Below are positions 13,151 through 26,624 of a stretch of DNA of 64,000 nt, one piece after another. The notes below the pieces were generated by a model. The model was not told where the DNA came from. It did not search any database and saw only the letters and a program-made list of their open reading frames with translations. A program made the translations under genes and the position numbers. The DNA is from Mobula birostris (taxonomy: Eukaryota). Every line of letters begins with the position of its first letter. Within the stretch, counting starts at the first letter, position 1. Location of the stretch: contig NC_092389.1 of assembly GCF_030028105.1 (NCBI RefSeq), forward strand, positions 6,657,835 to 6,721,834, in the 5' to 3' direction.

Positions 13151-13894
13151 TTTGTATTCAATGAATAGGAAAGTTTTAGAGAGTGTGGGCCAATTACAGG
13201 CAAACGGGACTAGCTTAGACAGGCATCTTGGTTGGCAGGAAGGAGTTGGGCTGAAGGGCCTGTTTCTGTGCTGTCTGGTCCTATAACTTGTATTCAATGG
13301 ATAAGAATGTTTTAGAAAGGTACGGGCCAATAGCAAGCAAATGGGATTAGCTCAGACAGGCATCTTGGTTGGCAGGAAGGAGTTGGGCTGAAGGACGTGT
13401 TTCATGAATCTACACCATTCAAATGCAGCCTCATTGGATGCTGGCCTTTATTTTCTTTTTCATTGGGCTCTTTCAGGTTTCTTGTTTCGTGCCTGCCTGT
13501 AAGCATGCAAGTCTCAAGACTGTAAAACTTATACATTCTTTGATAATAAATATACTTTGAATCTATTGTCATTTAGAGTGTTAGAACATCACAGGCCTCA
13601 GTTTCTTAGTTTTAATCTGGAATAAACCTGGCCTACTGTTCAAAGGTAATCCTATGTGCAAACAAGAGAATGAGTTGAGCAACCATGGTATAGTTCAGAA
13701 GAAATGTGGGGAATGCCAGATGTAAGCTAATTCCTTTGATGTTATGAATAGCAAATACACACTTCCAATTTCAGAGGCACAGTGGCGGTTTATGGCTGTT
13801 GAAGAATGTGAGGACAGTTTTAATTATGTCACACACAGTTAACTAGTGACATTGCCTTGGAAATTAAATGTGAAGCAAAAGTAAATAATTAGGA

Positions 13895-15746
13895 ATGGGA
13901 GACTGGGTGACAGTCAGGAAGGGGAAAGGGGTTAAGGAGCCAGTGCAGAGTATCCCTGTGGCTATCCCCCTCAACAACAGGTAAACCACTTTGGATGCTG
14001 TCGGGAGCAGGGGGTGGCGGGGGTGGCGGGGGTGGTGGGGGGGAATGATCTAACAGAGAGAAGTCATAGCGGTAGGCTCTCTGGCACTGAGTCTATCTCT
14101 GTGACTCAGAAAGGAAGGAGGGAGAAGAGGCACGGTGTGGTGATAGGGGATTCATTAGTTAGAATAATGGATGCGAGGTTCTGTGGGCAAAAACGAGATT
14201 CCCAGATGGTATGTTGCCTCCAGGGTGCCAGGGTCCAGGATATCTTGGATCGAGTCTTCGGCATTCTTAAGTGGGAGGGTGAACAGCCAGAAGTCGTGGT
14301 CCACGTAGGACATAGGTAGGATGAGTGACGAGGTTCTGCAAAGTGAGTTCAGGGAGTTAGGTGCAAAGTTGAAGGGCAGGACCTCCAGGGTTGTGATCTC
14401 GGGATTGCTACCTGTTTCACATGGTAGTGAGGCCAGAAATACTTTGTAGGAAGATCATACAGTTTAACATGTGGCTAAGGAGTTGGTGTCAGATTTTTGG
14501 ATCATTGGGCTCTTTCTGGAAAGGTGGGCCCTGTACAGAAGAGATGGTTTACACCAGAACTGGAAGGGGACTAATATCCCTGTGGGAAGGTTGGCTAATG
14601 CTGCATGGAGTGGGGCTTAAACTAGAGTTGGGAGGGGGGGCAGAACCAGAGTGCCAGAACAGATAGTGGAGATGTTGTGGAGACAAATATTGTTAAAACC
14701 TCAGACAAAGTCAGGATTCAAAAGGCTGGGCATGGTGTGACTAGTGTCCTGAGCTGTGTATATTTCAATGCAAGAAGTATTGTAGGAAAGGCAGGAGACC
14801 TCAGGGCATGGATCGACACATGGAATTATGATATTGTAGCCATTAGTGAGATTTGGTTGCAGGAAGGGAAGAACTGGTAGAGCAATATTCTGGGGTTCCA
14901 TTATCTTTGACACAACAGAGTGGGAGGAATTAAAGGAGAAGGGGTGGTGTTACTAGTGAGGGAAAATGTCACAGCAGTGCTCAACCAGAACAGGCTGGAG
15001 AACTTGTCTAGTGAGGCATTATGGGTGGAATTGAAGAATAAGAAAGGTATGACCAAGTTAATGGGGCTACGTTACAGATCACCCAACAGTCCAAGGGATT
15101 TAGAGGAACAAATTTGTTGAGAGATTGCTGTCTGTTGCAAGAAACATAAGGTTGTGATAGTAGATGATTTTAACTTTCCACATATTGACTGGGACTCCCA
15201 TACTGTAAAGGGACTAGATGGGATTGAGTTTATCAAGTGTGTTCAGGAAAGTTTCCTTCATTAGTGCGTAGAAGTCCCAATGAGAGAGTGTGCGATACTT
15301 GATCTGCTATTAGGGAATGAGACAGGGCAAGTGACAGAACCTTGTGCAGGGGAACACTTTGTATCTAGTGATCACAATGCCATTAGTTTCAAAGTAAATA
15401 TGGGAAAAGATAGGTCTGGTCCATGGTTTGAGCTTCTAAATTGGAGAAAGGCCAATTTTGATAGTATCAGAAAGGATATGGCAACTGTGGATTGTGACAG
15501 GCTGTTTTCTGACAAAGGTGTATTTGGTAAGTGGGAGGCCTTCAAAAGTGAAATTTTAAAGAGTACAAAACTTGTATGTGCCTGTCGGAATAAGAGGTAA
15601 AGATAACACATTTAGGGAGTCTTGGTTTTCAAGAGGTATTGAAGCCCTGGATAAGAGAAAAATAGGTGTGCTTATGGAGTACAAGAGATGCAAGAGAAAA
15701 CTTAGGAAAGAAATCAGGAAAGGTAAAAGAAGGCATGAAGTTGCTC
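13895..15746 (+). mobile_element. CR1 LINE 5' part (ORF1 SGNH esterase plus APE endonuclease), degenerate
   Basis: Encodes VVIGDSLVR, VCCLQGARV, VVVHVG, YFNARSI, DIVAISEIWL and SDHNAI. Confidence 0.85.
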
Positions 15747-15790
15747 GAGCAGTCTGGAAACCTGCTCTGGAATTCTCTTTGATATTATTG

Positions 15791-16760
15791 GAAACATAGA
15801 AAACCTACAGCACAATACAGGCCCCTCGGCCCACAAAGCTGTACCGAACATGTATAACTGTATGAGAGCTGTATAACTCATCTCCTTCTACCTTAGGCCA
15901 TAAACTTATCAATCACCCCTGCTGTGGACCACTTGGAGGTCCAAGACGCTCTCGTTACATGCACATGCAGGTCAACTCTTTGAGTGATAACGCAGAAAGT
16001 TTGAAGTTAATAACTCATGTCCTTCTACCATAGGCCACAAACTTATCAATCACACCTGCCGCGGCCCACTTCTACAAAGAAGGGATCCGTATGCTCCACG
16101 ACCGCTGGACTAAGTGTGCAAGTGTAGGAGGGGACTATGTTGAAAAATAAATGTGCTAGGTTTTCTAAAATTGACCCCTTCTACCTTAGGCCATGAACTT
16201 ATCAATCACCCCTCGTAGCCCTCTATTTTTCTGAGCCCTATGTACTTGTCCAGGAGTCTCTTAAAAGACCCTATCGTATCCACCTCCACCAGCGTCGCCA
16301 GCAGACTATTCCACGCACTCACCACTCTCTGCGCAAAATACTTACCCTTGAAATCTCCTCTGTACCTGCTTCCAAGCCCCTTAAAACTGTACCCTCTCGT
16401 GTTAGCCATTTCAGCCCTGGGAAAAAGACTCTGACTATCCACACGATCAATGCCTCTCATCATCTTATACACCTCTATCAGGTCACCTCTCATCCTCTGT
16501 CGCTCCAAGGAAAAAAGGCGAGTTCATTCAATCTATTCTCAGAAGGCACGCTCCCCAATCCAGGCAACATCCTTGTAAATCTCCTCTGCACCCTTTCTAT
16601 GGCTTCCACATCCTTCCTATAGTAAGGGTACCAGAACTGAACACAGTACTCCAAGTGGGGTCTGACCAGGGTCCTATATAGCTGCAACAATACCTCTCAG
16701 CTCCTAAACTCAATCCCATGATTAATGAAGGCCAATGCACTGTATGCTTTCTTAACTACA
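15791..16760 (-). mobile_element. CR1 LINE 3' fragment, split by the mariner element
   Basis: Encodes LYRTLVRPHLEYCVQFW and RGDLIEVYK. Ends in a (TTTCTATG)-type tail. Confidence 0.85.
15853..16215 (+). mobile_element. Mariner-derived non-autonomous element (right end) inside a CR1 3' UTR
   Basis: FYKEGIRMLHDRWTKCASVGGDYVEK* is a mariner transposase C-terminus. Ends ..atcacccctcg|TA. Confidence 0.8.
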
Positions 16761-16774
16761 TTATTGGCCAGCTC

Positions 16775-18035
16775 ACCTTCATATTTCATATCTTCTCTCC
16801 TTACGGCTTTTTAGTTGCCATCTGTTGCTTTTTAAAAACTTCCAAACCTCTAATTTCCCACTAATTTTTGCTCTATTAAATGCCCTCTCTTTTGCTTTTA
16901 TGTTGGCTTTGACTTCCTGTGACAACCACAGTTGTGTCATCTTGCCATTAGAATACTTCTTCTTTGGGATGTATCTATCTTGTGCCTTCCGAATTGCTCC
17001 CAGAAACTTCAGCCATTGCTGCTCTGCTATAATCCTTGCTAGTGTCCCCTTCCAATCAACTTTGGCTAGTTCCTCTCTCATGCCTCTGTAACTCCCTTTA
17101 CTCCATTGTAATACTGATACATCTGATTTTAGCTTCTCCCTCTCAAATTGAAGGGCGATTTCTTTCAAATTATGATCACTGCCTCCGAAGGATTCCTTTA
17201 CCTTAAGCTCCCTAATCAAATTTGGTTCATTACACAACACCCAATCCAGAATTGCTGCTCCCCCAGTGGGCTCAACCACAAGCTATTCTAAAAAGCCATC
17301 TTGTAGGCATTCCACAAATTCTCTCTCTTGGGATCCAGCACCAACCTGATTTTCCCAAACTACCTGCATATTGAAACCCCCCATGACTATTGTAACATTG
17401 CCCTTTTGACATGCCTTTTCCATCTCACGTAATTTATAGCTCACATCCTGGTTACTGTTCAGAGGCCTGTATATAACTCATATCAGGGTCTTTTTATCCT
17501 TGCAGTTTCCTAACAGTACCAACAAGGATTCTACATCTTCTGATCCTATGTCACCTCTTTCTAAGGATTTGATTTATTTTTACCAACGGAGTCGCACCAC
17601 CCCCTCTGCCTACCTGCCTACCTGCCTGTCCTTTCAATTCAATGTGCATCCTTGAATGTTAAGCTCACATACTCTCTCAGCCACAACTCAGTGGGAAACA
17701 ACGTACGATCTATCACATCCACAGAATCTCGTGTTTGCTCCTCTAATTATGGAATCCCCTGTCACTACTGAAGTCCTCTTCTCCCCCTTTCCCTTCTGAG
17801 CCACAATGTCAGGATCAGTGGCAGAGACTTGTTCACTGGGCTCCCTCCAGTAGGTCGTATCCTTCAACAGTATCCAAAATGATATACTAATGATTGAGGG
17901 GAATGGCCAGAGGGGTATTCTGTACTGGCTGCCCATTTCCCTTCCCTTCCCTCTCCTGACAGTCACCCAATTGCCTGCCTCCTGCAACTTATGGATAACT
18001 ACGTCCCTATCTATTGCCTCCTCAGTTTCCTGCAT
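16775..18035 (-). mobile_element. CR1 LINE fragments (endonuclease region and ORF1 remnant)
   Basis: Encodes EPTGGAAILDWVL..GGSDHN and WVTVRRGK..VVTGDSIIRG. Confidence 0.8.
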
Positions 18036-18564
18036 GAGCCAAAATGTAAGGAAATTTTAATGTATATCTTGTTGCATGTTTGCCGTCATCTCCAATCAGC
18101 AGGTTTGCCAAGACTGCAGCATTGAAGTGAGGCAGAGTCAACAGAGGCAAGCCCTGCTTATTGCCAATATACCGAGAGTAATCTGGTTTTCCTCAACCTC
18201 TACACAAAGATGACAGCACAGAGTGACCACCGCCATACCAGCTCAAATCCAACCTGCAGCTCCATTCCAGCTGCTAACACTGCAGCCAATGGACCTCTCT
18301 GATGGAATTTCACATTTATCCTTGAATAATTTTGACAGATAAAAGTAAAGTTTATATTAGGCTTTAATTTTGACTTTTTTTATTGTTTAAATCTTTGAAA
18401 TTGCTCCAATCTGGTGTGCCAATGTTAGCAGACCATTAAGGAGCTTTACAGAATTGTCTGTCAATATATTAAAAGTATCCTAAAATCTTATCATATCTGG
18501 TTTGCAGATGATAATTTGGCAGTAGTGTCGCATTCAGAAGAAAAAAATGAGGGAAAATGTAAAT

Positions 18565-20737
18565 GGACTAGATGGGATAGTGTTTGTCTAATGCGTTCAG
18601 GAAAGTTCCCTGCATCAGTACGTGGAAGTCCCAATGAGAGAGCATGAGATATTACATCTGCTATTAGGGAATGAGACAGGGCAGATGACAGAAGTTTGTG
18701 TAGGGGAACACTTTGCATTCAGTGGCCACAATGCCATTAGTTTCAAAGTAAATATGCAAAAAGATAGGTCTGGTCATGGGTTGAGATTCTAAATTGGAGA
18801 AAGGATCTGGCAAGTGTGGATTGGGACAGGCTGTTTTCTGGCAAAAGAGTACTTGGTAAGTGGGAGGCCATCAAAATTGAAATTTTGAGAGTACAAAGTT
18901 TATATGTACCTGTCAGAAGAAAAGGTAAAGATAACAAATGTAGGGAACCTTGGTTGTCAAGAGATAGTGAGGCCTGGTTAAGGAAAAAAAGGAGGTGCAT
19001 AGCAGGTAGAAGCAAGCAAGAACAAATGAGGTGTTTATGGAGTACAAGAAATGCAAGAGAACACTTAAGAAAGAAATCAGGAAGGCTAAAAGAAGGCATG
19101 AAGTTTTTCTATCAGACAAGGTGAAGGACAATCCTAAGGGATTCTACAGATATGTTAAGAATAAAAGGATCGCAAGGGACAAAATTGGTCCTCTAGAAGA
19201 CCAGAATGATAATCCATGTACAGAGCCAAGACAGATGGGGGAAATCTCAAATGAATTCTTTGTATCTGTATTTTCTCTGAAGATGGACACAGAGTCTATA
19301 GAAGAGAGGCAAAGTTGCAACAATTTCATGGACCCTGTATGGATTACAGAGGAGGAGGTGTTTGCTACCCTGAGGCACACCTGGGTGGATAAGTCCCCCA
19401 GGGCCTGACAAGGTGTTCCCTCAGGCCCTCTGGGAGGAAAGTGCAGAAATTGCCAGGGCTCTAGCAGAGATATTTAAATCATCCTCAGTGACTGGGGAGG
19501 TTCCAGAGGATTGGAGGATAGTCATTGTTGTTCCACTGTCTTAAAAAGACTCTAAACAGAAACCAGGAAATATACTGGATATATAAGTATTTGGATAGAC
19601 ATGGACTGATTAGGGATAGTCAGCATGGATTCACGTGTGATAGGTCATGTCTAACCAATCTTATAGAGTTTTTCAAGGAATTTACCAGTAAAGTGGATGA
19701 AGGCAAGGCTGTAGATGTTGTCTACATGGACTTTAGTAAGGCATTTGACAAAGTGTTGCATGGGAGGTTTATCAAAAAGGTCCAGTCACTCGGCATTCAG
19801 GATGAGGTAGTAAATTGGATTAGACATTGGCTTTGTGGGAGAAGCCAGGGAGTAATAGTAGATGGTTGCCTCTCTGACTGGTTTCCTGTGACTAGTGGAG
19901 TGCCACAGGTATTGGTGCTGAGTCCTTTGTTGTTTGTCATCTATATTAATGATCTGGATGATAATGTGGCTAACTGGGTCAGCAACTTTGCGGGTGTCAC
20001 CAAGATTGGGGGTGTAGTGGACAATGAGGAAGGCTATCAGAGGGATCTGGATCAGCTGAAAAAATCAAATGAAAAATGGCAGATGGAAGTTAATGCAGAG
20101 AAGTTCGAGATTTTGCACTTCAGTATGACCAACCAGGATAGGTCTTACACAGGGTACTGAGAAGTGTGGTAGACAACAAAGGGATCTGGAAATACAGGTC
20201 CATAATTCATTGAAAGTGGTGTCTTGGGTAGGTAGGGTCGTAGAGAAATCTTTTGGTACGTTGGCCTTCATAAATCAATGTATTGTGTACAGGAGATGGG
20301 ATGTTATGTTGAAGTTGTATAAGACATTGGTGAGGCCTAATTTGGAGTATTGTGAGCAGTTTTGGTCACCTACCTACAGGAAAGATGTAAACAAGGTAAA
20401 AAGAGTACAGATTAAATTTACAAGGATGTTGCTGGGTCTGGAGGACTTGAGTTATAAGGAAAGGTTGAATAAGTTTGGACTGTTTTCTTTAGAACGTAGA
20501 AGATTGAGCGGAGATTTGATAGAGGTATGCAAAATTATGAGGGGTATAGATAAGGAAAATGCAAGCAGGCTTTTTCCACTGGTGGTTTGTGGGTCATGGA
20601 TTAAGGGTGAAAGGTGAAAGGTTTTAGGGGAACATGAGGGGAAGCTTTCACTCACAGGGTCCTGAGAGTGTGGAATGAGCTACCAGTACAAATGGTGTAT
20701 GCAAGCTCGATTTCAACGTTTAAGAGAAGTTTCAATA
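18565..20737 (+). mobile_element. Degenerate CR1 LINE ORF2
   Basis: Encodes NPKGFYRY, YMDFSKAFDKV, SGVPQ and LYKTLVRPNLEYC. Same subfamily as 13895-15746. Confidence 0.88.
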
Positions 20738-20874
20738 GGTAGAGGGGCGTGTCCAGGCAGGTAACCCAGTTACAACGTATATATATGGTTTATCACAACT
20801 TCTAAATCTCATTGATTTCCTGCAGTTGCTGAAGTGGACCCATTAATAAAATCTGATTATTAATGATGAACTCT

Positions 20875-21482
20875 ACTTTCTAAGAAGTTTGCGTAGATTC
20901 AGCATATCGCCAAATCCTTTGTCAAACTTCTATTGATGCACAGTGGAGAGTATTCATACTGGTCGCATCATGGCCTGGTACGGAAACACCAACACCCAGG
21001 AATGGAAAAGACTACAGAAAGTGGTGGATACAGCCCAGTCCTTCACAGGTAAAGCCCTCCATTCACAGGGAGTGCAACCACGTAACACACCATCCATCAT
21101 CAAGGATCCCCACCATGCTATCTTCTCGCTACTACCATTGGGCAAGAGGTACAGGAGTCTTAGGTTCCACATTGGCAGGTTCAGGAACAGTTATTACCCT
21201 CCAACCATCAACCGATACGGATCATTTCAATCCCCGCTACTCTGACCTGATTTTACAACCTATCAACACCCCACTTTCAAGGACTCTTTACAATTCATGT
21301 TCTTAGTATTTTTTAATATTTGCACAATTTGTCTTCTTTTGTACATTGGTTATTTGTCAATCTTTGTCTATGTATAGATTTTGTATTTGTTAATTTTCCT
21401 GTAAATGCCTGTATGAAAATGAATCCCAAGGTAGCACATACTATACATGTACCTTAATGATAAATTCTACTTTAACTTCGAA
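20875..21482 (+). mobile_element. Rex1/Babar-type LINE 3' fragment
   Basis: Encodes ESIHTG.IMAWYGN..LQKVVDTAQ..IIKDPHH. Confidence 0.7.
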
Positions 21483-21861
21483 AATGTTTTCTTGTTTGAG
21501 GACAAAATTAAAAATAAAACAGATATTATCAATGATTACTGATAATGATCTGGTCCTGCTAAATTTAGCTATACGGTACTGTAGCAGAGACAGCAGTGGA
21601 AAGCATTATGCATTTACACATTCACTCAGTATAGCTATCACAAGCCCCAGGAGATTCACTCCCATTAAACCTTTATCCATTTCGCTCTTCTCAACCTGCA
21701 GTCAAATCAAATTCCAATCCACAGTCAGAAAACTGCAGCCCAATTACGTTCTTTTCAGGAAATAATTTTTAGCTTGGACCTGTTGAATCAAGATATCAGA
21801 GAGCTCATTATCACAGGAGACAAAGTGATAAGGTTTACATGGGATTAATTCATCAGGCTGC

Positions 21862-21869
21862 TATTTAAA
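21862..21869 (+). promoter_or_regulatory. TATA-like element upstream of HTR3B exon 1
   Basis: TATTTAAA about 115 bp upstream of the proposed ATG, in repeat-free sequence. GATA motifs lie nearby. Confidence 0.3.
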
Positions 21870-21975
21870 GTTGGGAAACATTACAGAGGTTAGAATTGCC
21901 AAATAAATTTCACTCAGTTCACTGTGATCGAGATAAAGCAGCAAAGATTCAAAGCCCAAGTTCTCCTGGAAGGAA

Positions 21976-22012
21976 ATGCCACTACCTCTGTTTCTGTTCT
22001 GCCTGATTTCAG
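21976..22012 (+). CDS. HTR3B: 5-HT3 receptor subunit B, coding exon 1 (signal peptide MPLPLFLFCLIS-G)
   Basis: ATG with A at -3, a hydrophobic 12-codon run and a strong donor CAG|gtaagc. The phase-1 end matches exon 2. Confidence 0.75.
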
Positions 22013-22271
22013 GTAAGCACTTGTGGAGAAATATTTCCACTCTTTTTATCTCTGAACTTTCTAACTAAATGTGCATATTAAAAGGCTGCATGTTGAACTA
22101 AAATGCTACTTGGAAACTGTGGCTGGCTGACTACATCACTGTGATTATAACAAGGCTTTTGACATTCAAGATGTTTATCAGTAAAGTTACTACTTGGCAT
22201 TAAAGTGTAAAACAGAACTTGAAACATTTTTGAGCTTAAATGTATTTGATAATATAGTGAGATGTTCTGAG

Positions 22272-22404
22272 CACAAGTGATTCTTCAGACACTGGAAATC
22301 CAGAGTAACACACACAAAATGCTGGAGGAACTCAGCAGGTCAGGCAGCATCTATGGAAAGGAATACAGAATCAACATTTCGGGCTGAGACCCTTCATCAG
22401 GACT
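22272..22404 (-). mobile_element. Short Penelope-derived unit carrying a hammerhead motif, flanked by a TSD
   Basis: Minus strand reads agtc-CTGATGAa-gggtctcagccc-GAAAtGTT-gatt. TSD AGATGTTCYGAG at 22260-22271 and 22405-22416. Confidence 0.75.
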
Positions 22405-23489
22405 AGATGTTCCGAGAATGTTTTTGCTCTCTTAGCTGAATAGATAAGAAGTATAATATTTTGCAATAGTTAGGTGTAAAATTTAGTAAATAAAGCCTTC
22501 AGATGTGCACCTTAAACTTCATTGTACTTATATTTTAGCCCACGTCCATACTTCAACCTCCAAGTTTATTTTGTTGCATGCTGCACCAGCATTCCTAATA
22601 CTTGTAAATGTATATGGAGTATAAATTTAATTCTTTTTATGTGGTTCTATTGTCCACCCATTAGCAGAAGAAATTATCTTGAAGAAGTTCACCATAATAA
22701 TTTTTTTGTAGTCTCTTCAAGGTTATAGGTCTGGGAGCTTGAAAATTACCTCATTTGGAAAGAAATAATCTTTATCAATTCATAATTGAAATGGATTAAT
22801 AGCTGCGAAAAAAGCACAAACACTTGGAGTCAATCTCTTCATCCTATTAGAAGTTAGTGTGGGAACTTAACTCCTTGTTGCATATAAATAACTAGAAGTG
22901 TTGCAGTAATTATTCTATATCCAGTGACGTATTCCTACTACATCTACAAGATGTTACAACCCAAGCTTTGCTTTTTAATCACTGGTTTATTCATCTCACC
23001 TCTCACAATTTCTTTCCAGCCTTGGTTCTTTGGCCAAGTTTCTCCATACTGAGATGTGAGGAACTTCCTTCTCCTTTAATGGACTATTTCAATAACGTAT
23101 TGAATTAGTGTGTGTAATCTGAATAGTTTCAATACCACCGAGTCGTATTTTGCTCTTCACTAGGATTATGTATCCAGTTTGAAAAACAGGTTGGAGTGCT
23201 GAATCTTTGATCCAGTTCCTGCCCTGCGGCATTTAAAATGTTTGAGTAAATAGCGGCAACGAAGATTTTTCTTTACAAACTCTCACCTCTTCTAATTTAA
23301 ATGCAACTGTGAAAACCCTCCTTCCCTTTCCCTATTTTATCAAATCGATTATAACAATTGCCCTTCTAGATCAAGCTTAAACCACATTAGATACATTTCT
23401 CCTTCTTATGTACTGAATCCTTCTTATGTTGGAACCTATTGACCAACTCATCATTTTGCAGATCTCAATCACTGTGAACTATATTGAGA

Positions 23490-26400
23490 AACATGTAGGA
23501 TGGGAGTGTATGACAGGGATAGGCAGCTGGGATTAAGCAAATCCTTTGGGGAGTACAAGAGATTTAGGAGTTCACAACAGGGAAATCAGGAGGGCAAAAA
23601 AGACAACATGAAATAACTCTGGCAGATAGCATAAAGGAGAGTCCTAAGAGATACAAGTATTTTAAGAACAAAGCAGTAATTATGGAGAAAAGATGTCCCC
23701 TTAAGGATTGATGCAGTTGTCTATGTGTGGAGGCACAAGAGGTTGGTGAAATCTTAACGAACATTTCTCACCTGTACTTACTGTGACAAAGGCCATGCAA
23801 ACTAAGGAATTAAAGGAACTGAATAGTGATGTGCCAGAATATATCCACATTGCAAAAAAGGAGATGCTGAAAGTCTGAGAAGGGGACAAATGCTCAGGTC
23901 CTGACCAGACATATTCTAGGACATTGTGAGAAGCTAAGAGAGAAATTGCAGATGTATTTACATCTTCGCTAACCCCAAGTGAGTTACTAGAAGACAGGGG
24001 GTGGCCATTGTTTTCCCTTTCTTCAAGGAAGGCTGCAAGGACAAGGCAGACAACTACAGGCCGCAATAAACTTAACATCAGTGGTGAAAAATTGACTGCC
24101 TGGGATTCTGAAGGGCACGATCAGCCAGCATTTGGAAAGGCAAGGACTGATTCGACATGTTCAGCACATCTTTGTGCATAGGGAATTGTGTCTCACAAAT
24201 TTGATAGAGTTTTTTGAAGAGATGACCAAGAGGATTGATGAGGGCTGTGTGATTTAAATGGCTGACATGAACTTCAGCAAGACTTTTGACAAGGTCCACA
24301 GTGTAGGATAGACTGGAAGGTTAGATCACATGAAATCAAGGGTGAGCTGGCTAATTGGATACAAACCTGTCTTGGTGGAAGGGGGCAGAGGACGGCAGAG
24401 GAGCATTGTTTTTCAGAGTGGAGGTCTGGACTAGTAATCGATATTAGTGCAAGGTCCTCCGTTTGTCATTTATGTTTATGTCTCCCATCCGCTACATAAC
24501 GTACTGGGTGGGCACAGTAGTACATTCAGCCAGAGACTCATTCCACCGAGATGCAACAGAGCGTCATAGGAAGTCATTCCTGCCTGTGGCCATCAAACTT
24601 TACAACTCCCCCCTTGGAGGGTCAGACACCCTGAGCCAATAGGCTGGTCCTGGACTTATTTCATAATTTACTGGCATAATTTACATATTACTATTTAACT
24701 ATTTATTGTTGTATTACTATTTATTATTTATGGTGCAACTGTAACGAAAACCAATTTCCCCCGGGATCAATAAAGTATGACTATGACTAACAATTTGGAT
24801 GACAACATTGTTAACATGATTAGTAAGTTTGTAGAAGACACCAAAACTGGTGATATACTGGACAATGAAGGGGGTTAATTAGATTTACATGAGGATCTCG
24901 ACCAACTGAGGAAGCAGGCCAGAGAATGGCAAAAAGAATTTAACTTGGACGAGTGTGAGGTGTTGCACTTTGGTAAGTTAAACCAGGGCAGCACTTCGAC
25001 AGCAAATGGTGAAGTTCAAGAAAGGGTTGTCGAACAGAAGGGCTTAGTGGTACAGGAATATATTCCCCTGAAAATGGAGACAAAAACTTTGGCAAGCTTG
25101 CCTTCATCAGTCATGGGATTAAGTTCAAGAACTGAGGGGTCAGAGGGGAGTGGTCAATGGCATTTAATCTGTCTGGATGTCTGTGACCAGTAGTCTTCCA
25201 CAGGCATCCAGACTGTGACCTCTGCTGTTTGTGATATGTATAGATGAATGACATGGATGAAAACGTAGATGGGTAGGTTGTTAAGTCTGCAGTTGATACT
25301 GAAAGATTGGTGGAGTTGTGGGTCGTGTAGAAGACTGGCAAAGGATGCAGCACGATAGAGATCAGTTGCAGATATGGGCAGAAAAATGGCAGATGGAGTT
25401 TAACCCAGATAAATGTGGGGTGTTGCACTTTAAAAAATCGACTGTAAAGAGACAGTTAGTGGCAAGACTCTTAACAATGTTGATGTACATATGGATTTTG
25501 GGGTCCAAGTCCATAGCTCCCTGAAAATACCTACATAGGTAGACGGGGTGGTAAAGAAGGCATAGGACATACTTGCCTATATTAGTTGAGGAACTGAGTG
25601 CTGGAAGTTATGTTACAGCTTCATAAAGCTCTAGTTCAGCCACATTCGGAATATTGCATTCATTTCTAGTTGCCCCATTACAGAAAAGATGTTGAGGCTT
25701 TGGAGATGGTGCAGAAGAGGTTTACCAGGATGCTGCTGGATTAGAGGGCATGTGCTATAAGGGGACGTTGGACAACCTTGGGTTGTTTTCTCTGGGGTGT
25801 CAAAGGCTGAAGGGAGATCTGATAGAAGTTTACAAGATTATGAGCGGCATAGACGGAGTAGGTAGACAATATCTTTTGTTTTTCCCGGGACTGAAATGTC
25901 TAATACCAGAAGGCATGTATTTAAGGTGAGAGGGTTAAATTCAAATGGGATATGCAGGAAAAGTTCTATACACAGATTAGTAGAATGGACAAAGAAATGA
26001 CAGATGGAATAAAATGTTGGGAAGTGTAGGTCATGCATTTTGGTAGAAGAAATGAAAGGGTTGACTATTTTCTAAATTGAGACAAAATACAAAAAACCGA
26101 GGTGCAAAGGGACTTGGGAGTCCTTGTGCAGGATTTCTTGAAGGCTAATTTGCAGCTTGAAACAGTGGTGAGGAAGGTCAATGCAATATTAGCATTCATT
26201 TCAAGAGGACTAGAATATAAAAACAAGAGTATAATGTTGAGACGTTGGCACTGGTAGGGCCTCACTTGGAGTATTGTGAGCAGGTTTGGGCCCTTTATCT
26301 TCAAAAAGATGTGCTGAAACTGGAAAGGGTTCAAAGGAGGTTCATGAAAATGATTCCAGGATTGAATGGCTTGTCGCAAGAATCTTCCCAGGACTGGAGG

Positions 26401-26610
26401 CCTTGAGTTATAAGAAGAGATGGATTGTCACAGTCTTTCTCCCAGGGAGTCCAAAACTAGCGGGAATAGAGGGGAAAGATTTAAAAGAGGCCCGAGGGGC
26501 AAATTTTTCATGGAGAATGGTGGGTATATAGAACAAGCTGCCAGAGGAAGTGGTAGAGGTGGCTATAAGAACAATGTTTAAAAGACATTCAGACAAATAC
26601 ATGATGGGGA
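23490..26610 (+). mobile_element. Patchwork of degenerate CR1 LINE fragments in HTR3B intron 1
   Basis: Repeated WAEKWQMEFNPDKC / VRPHLEYC-like segments. A Rex-type 3' end is nested at ~24478-24788. Confidence 0.8.
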
Positions 26611-26624
26611 AATGGGATCTCCAA

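Noticed and set aside
13180-13402. Tandem duplication of about 135 bp
   Set aside because: A local duplication of a CR1 3' tail with no sign of function.
15884-16213. Three 37-bp direct repeats with unique spacers, superficially CRISPR-like
   Set aside because: Eukaryotic context, spacers of ~100-120 bp, and the last spacer encodes a mariner transposase C-terminus. The repeats are transposon ends.
18210-18302. Short GC-richer ORF MTAQSDHRHTSS...
   Set aside because: Only 30 codons, with no recognisable homology and no supporting splice donor.
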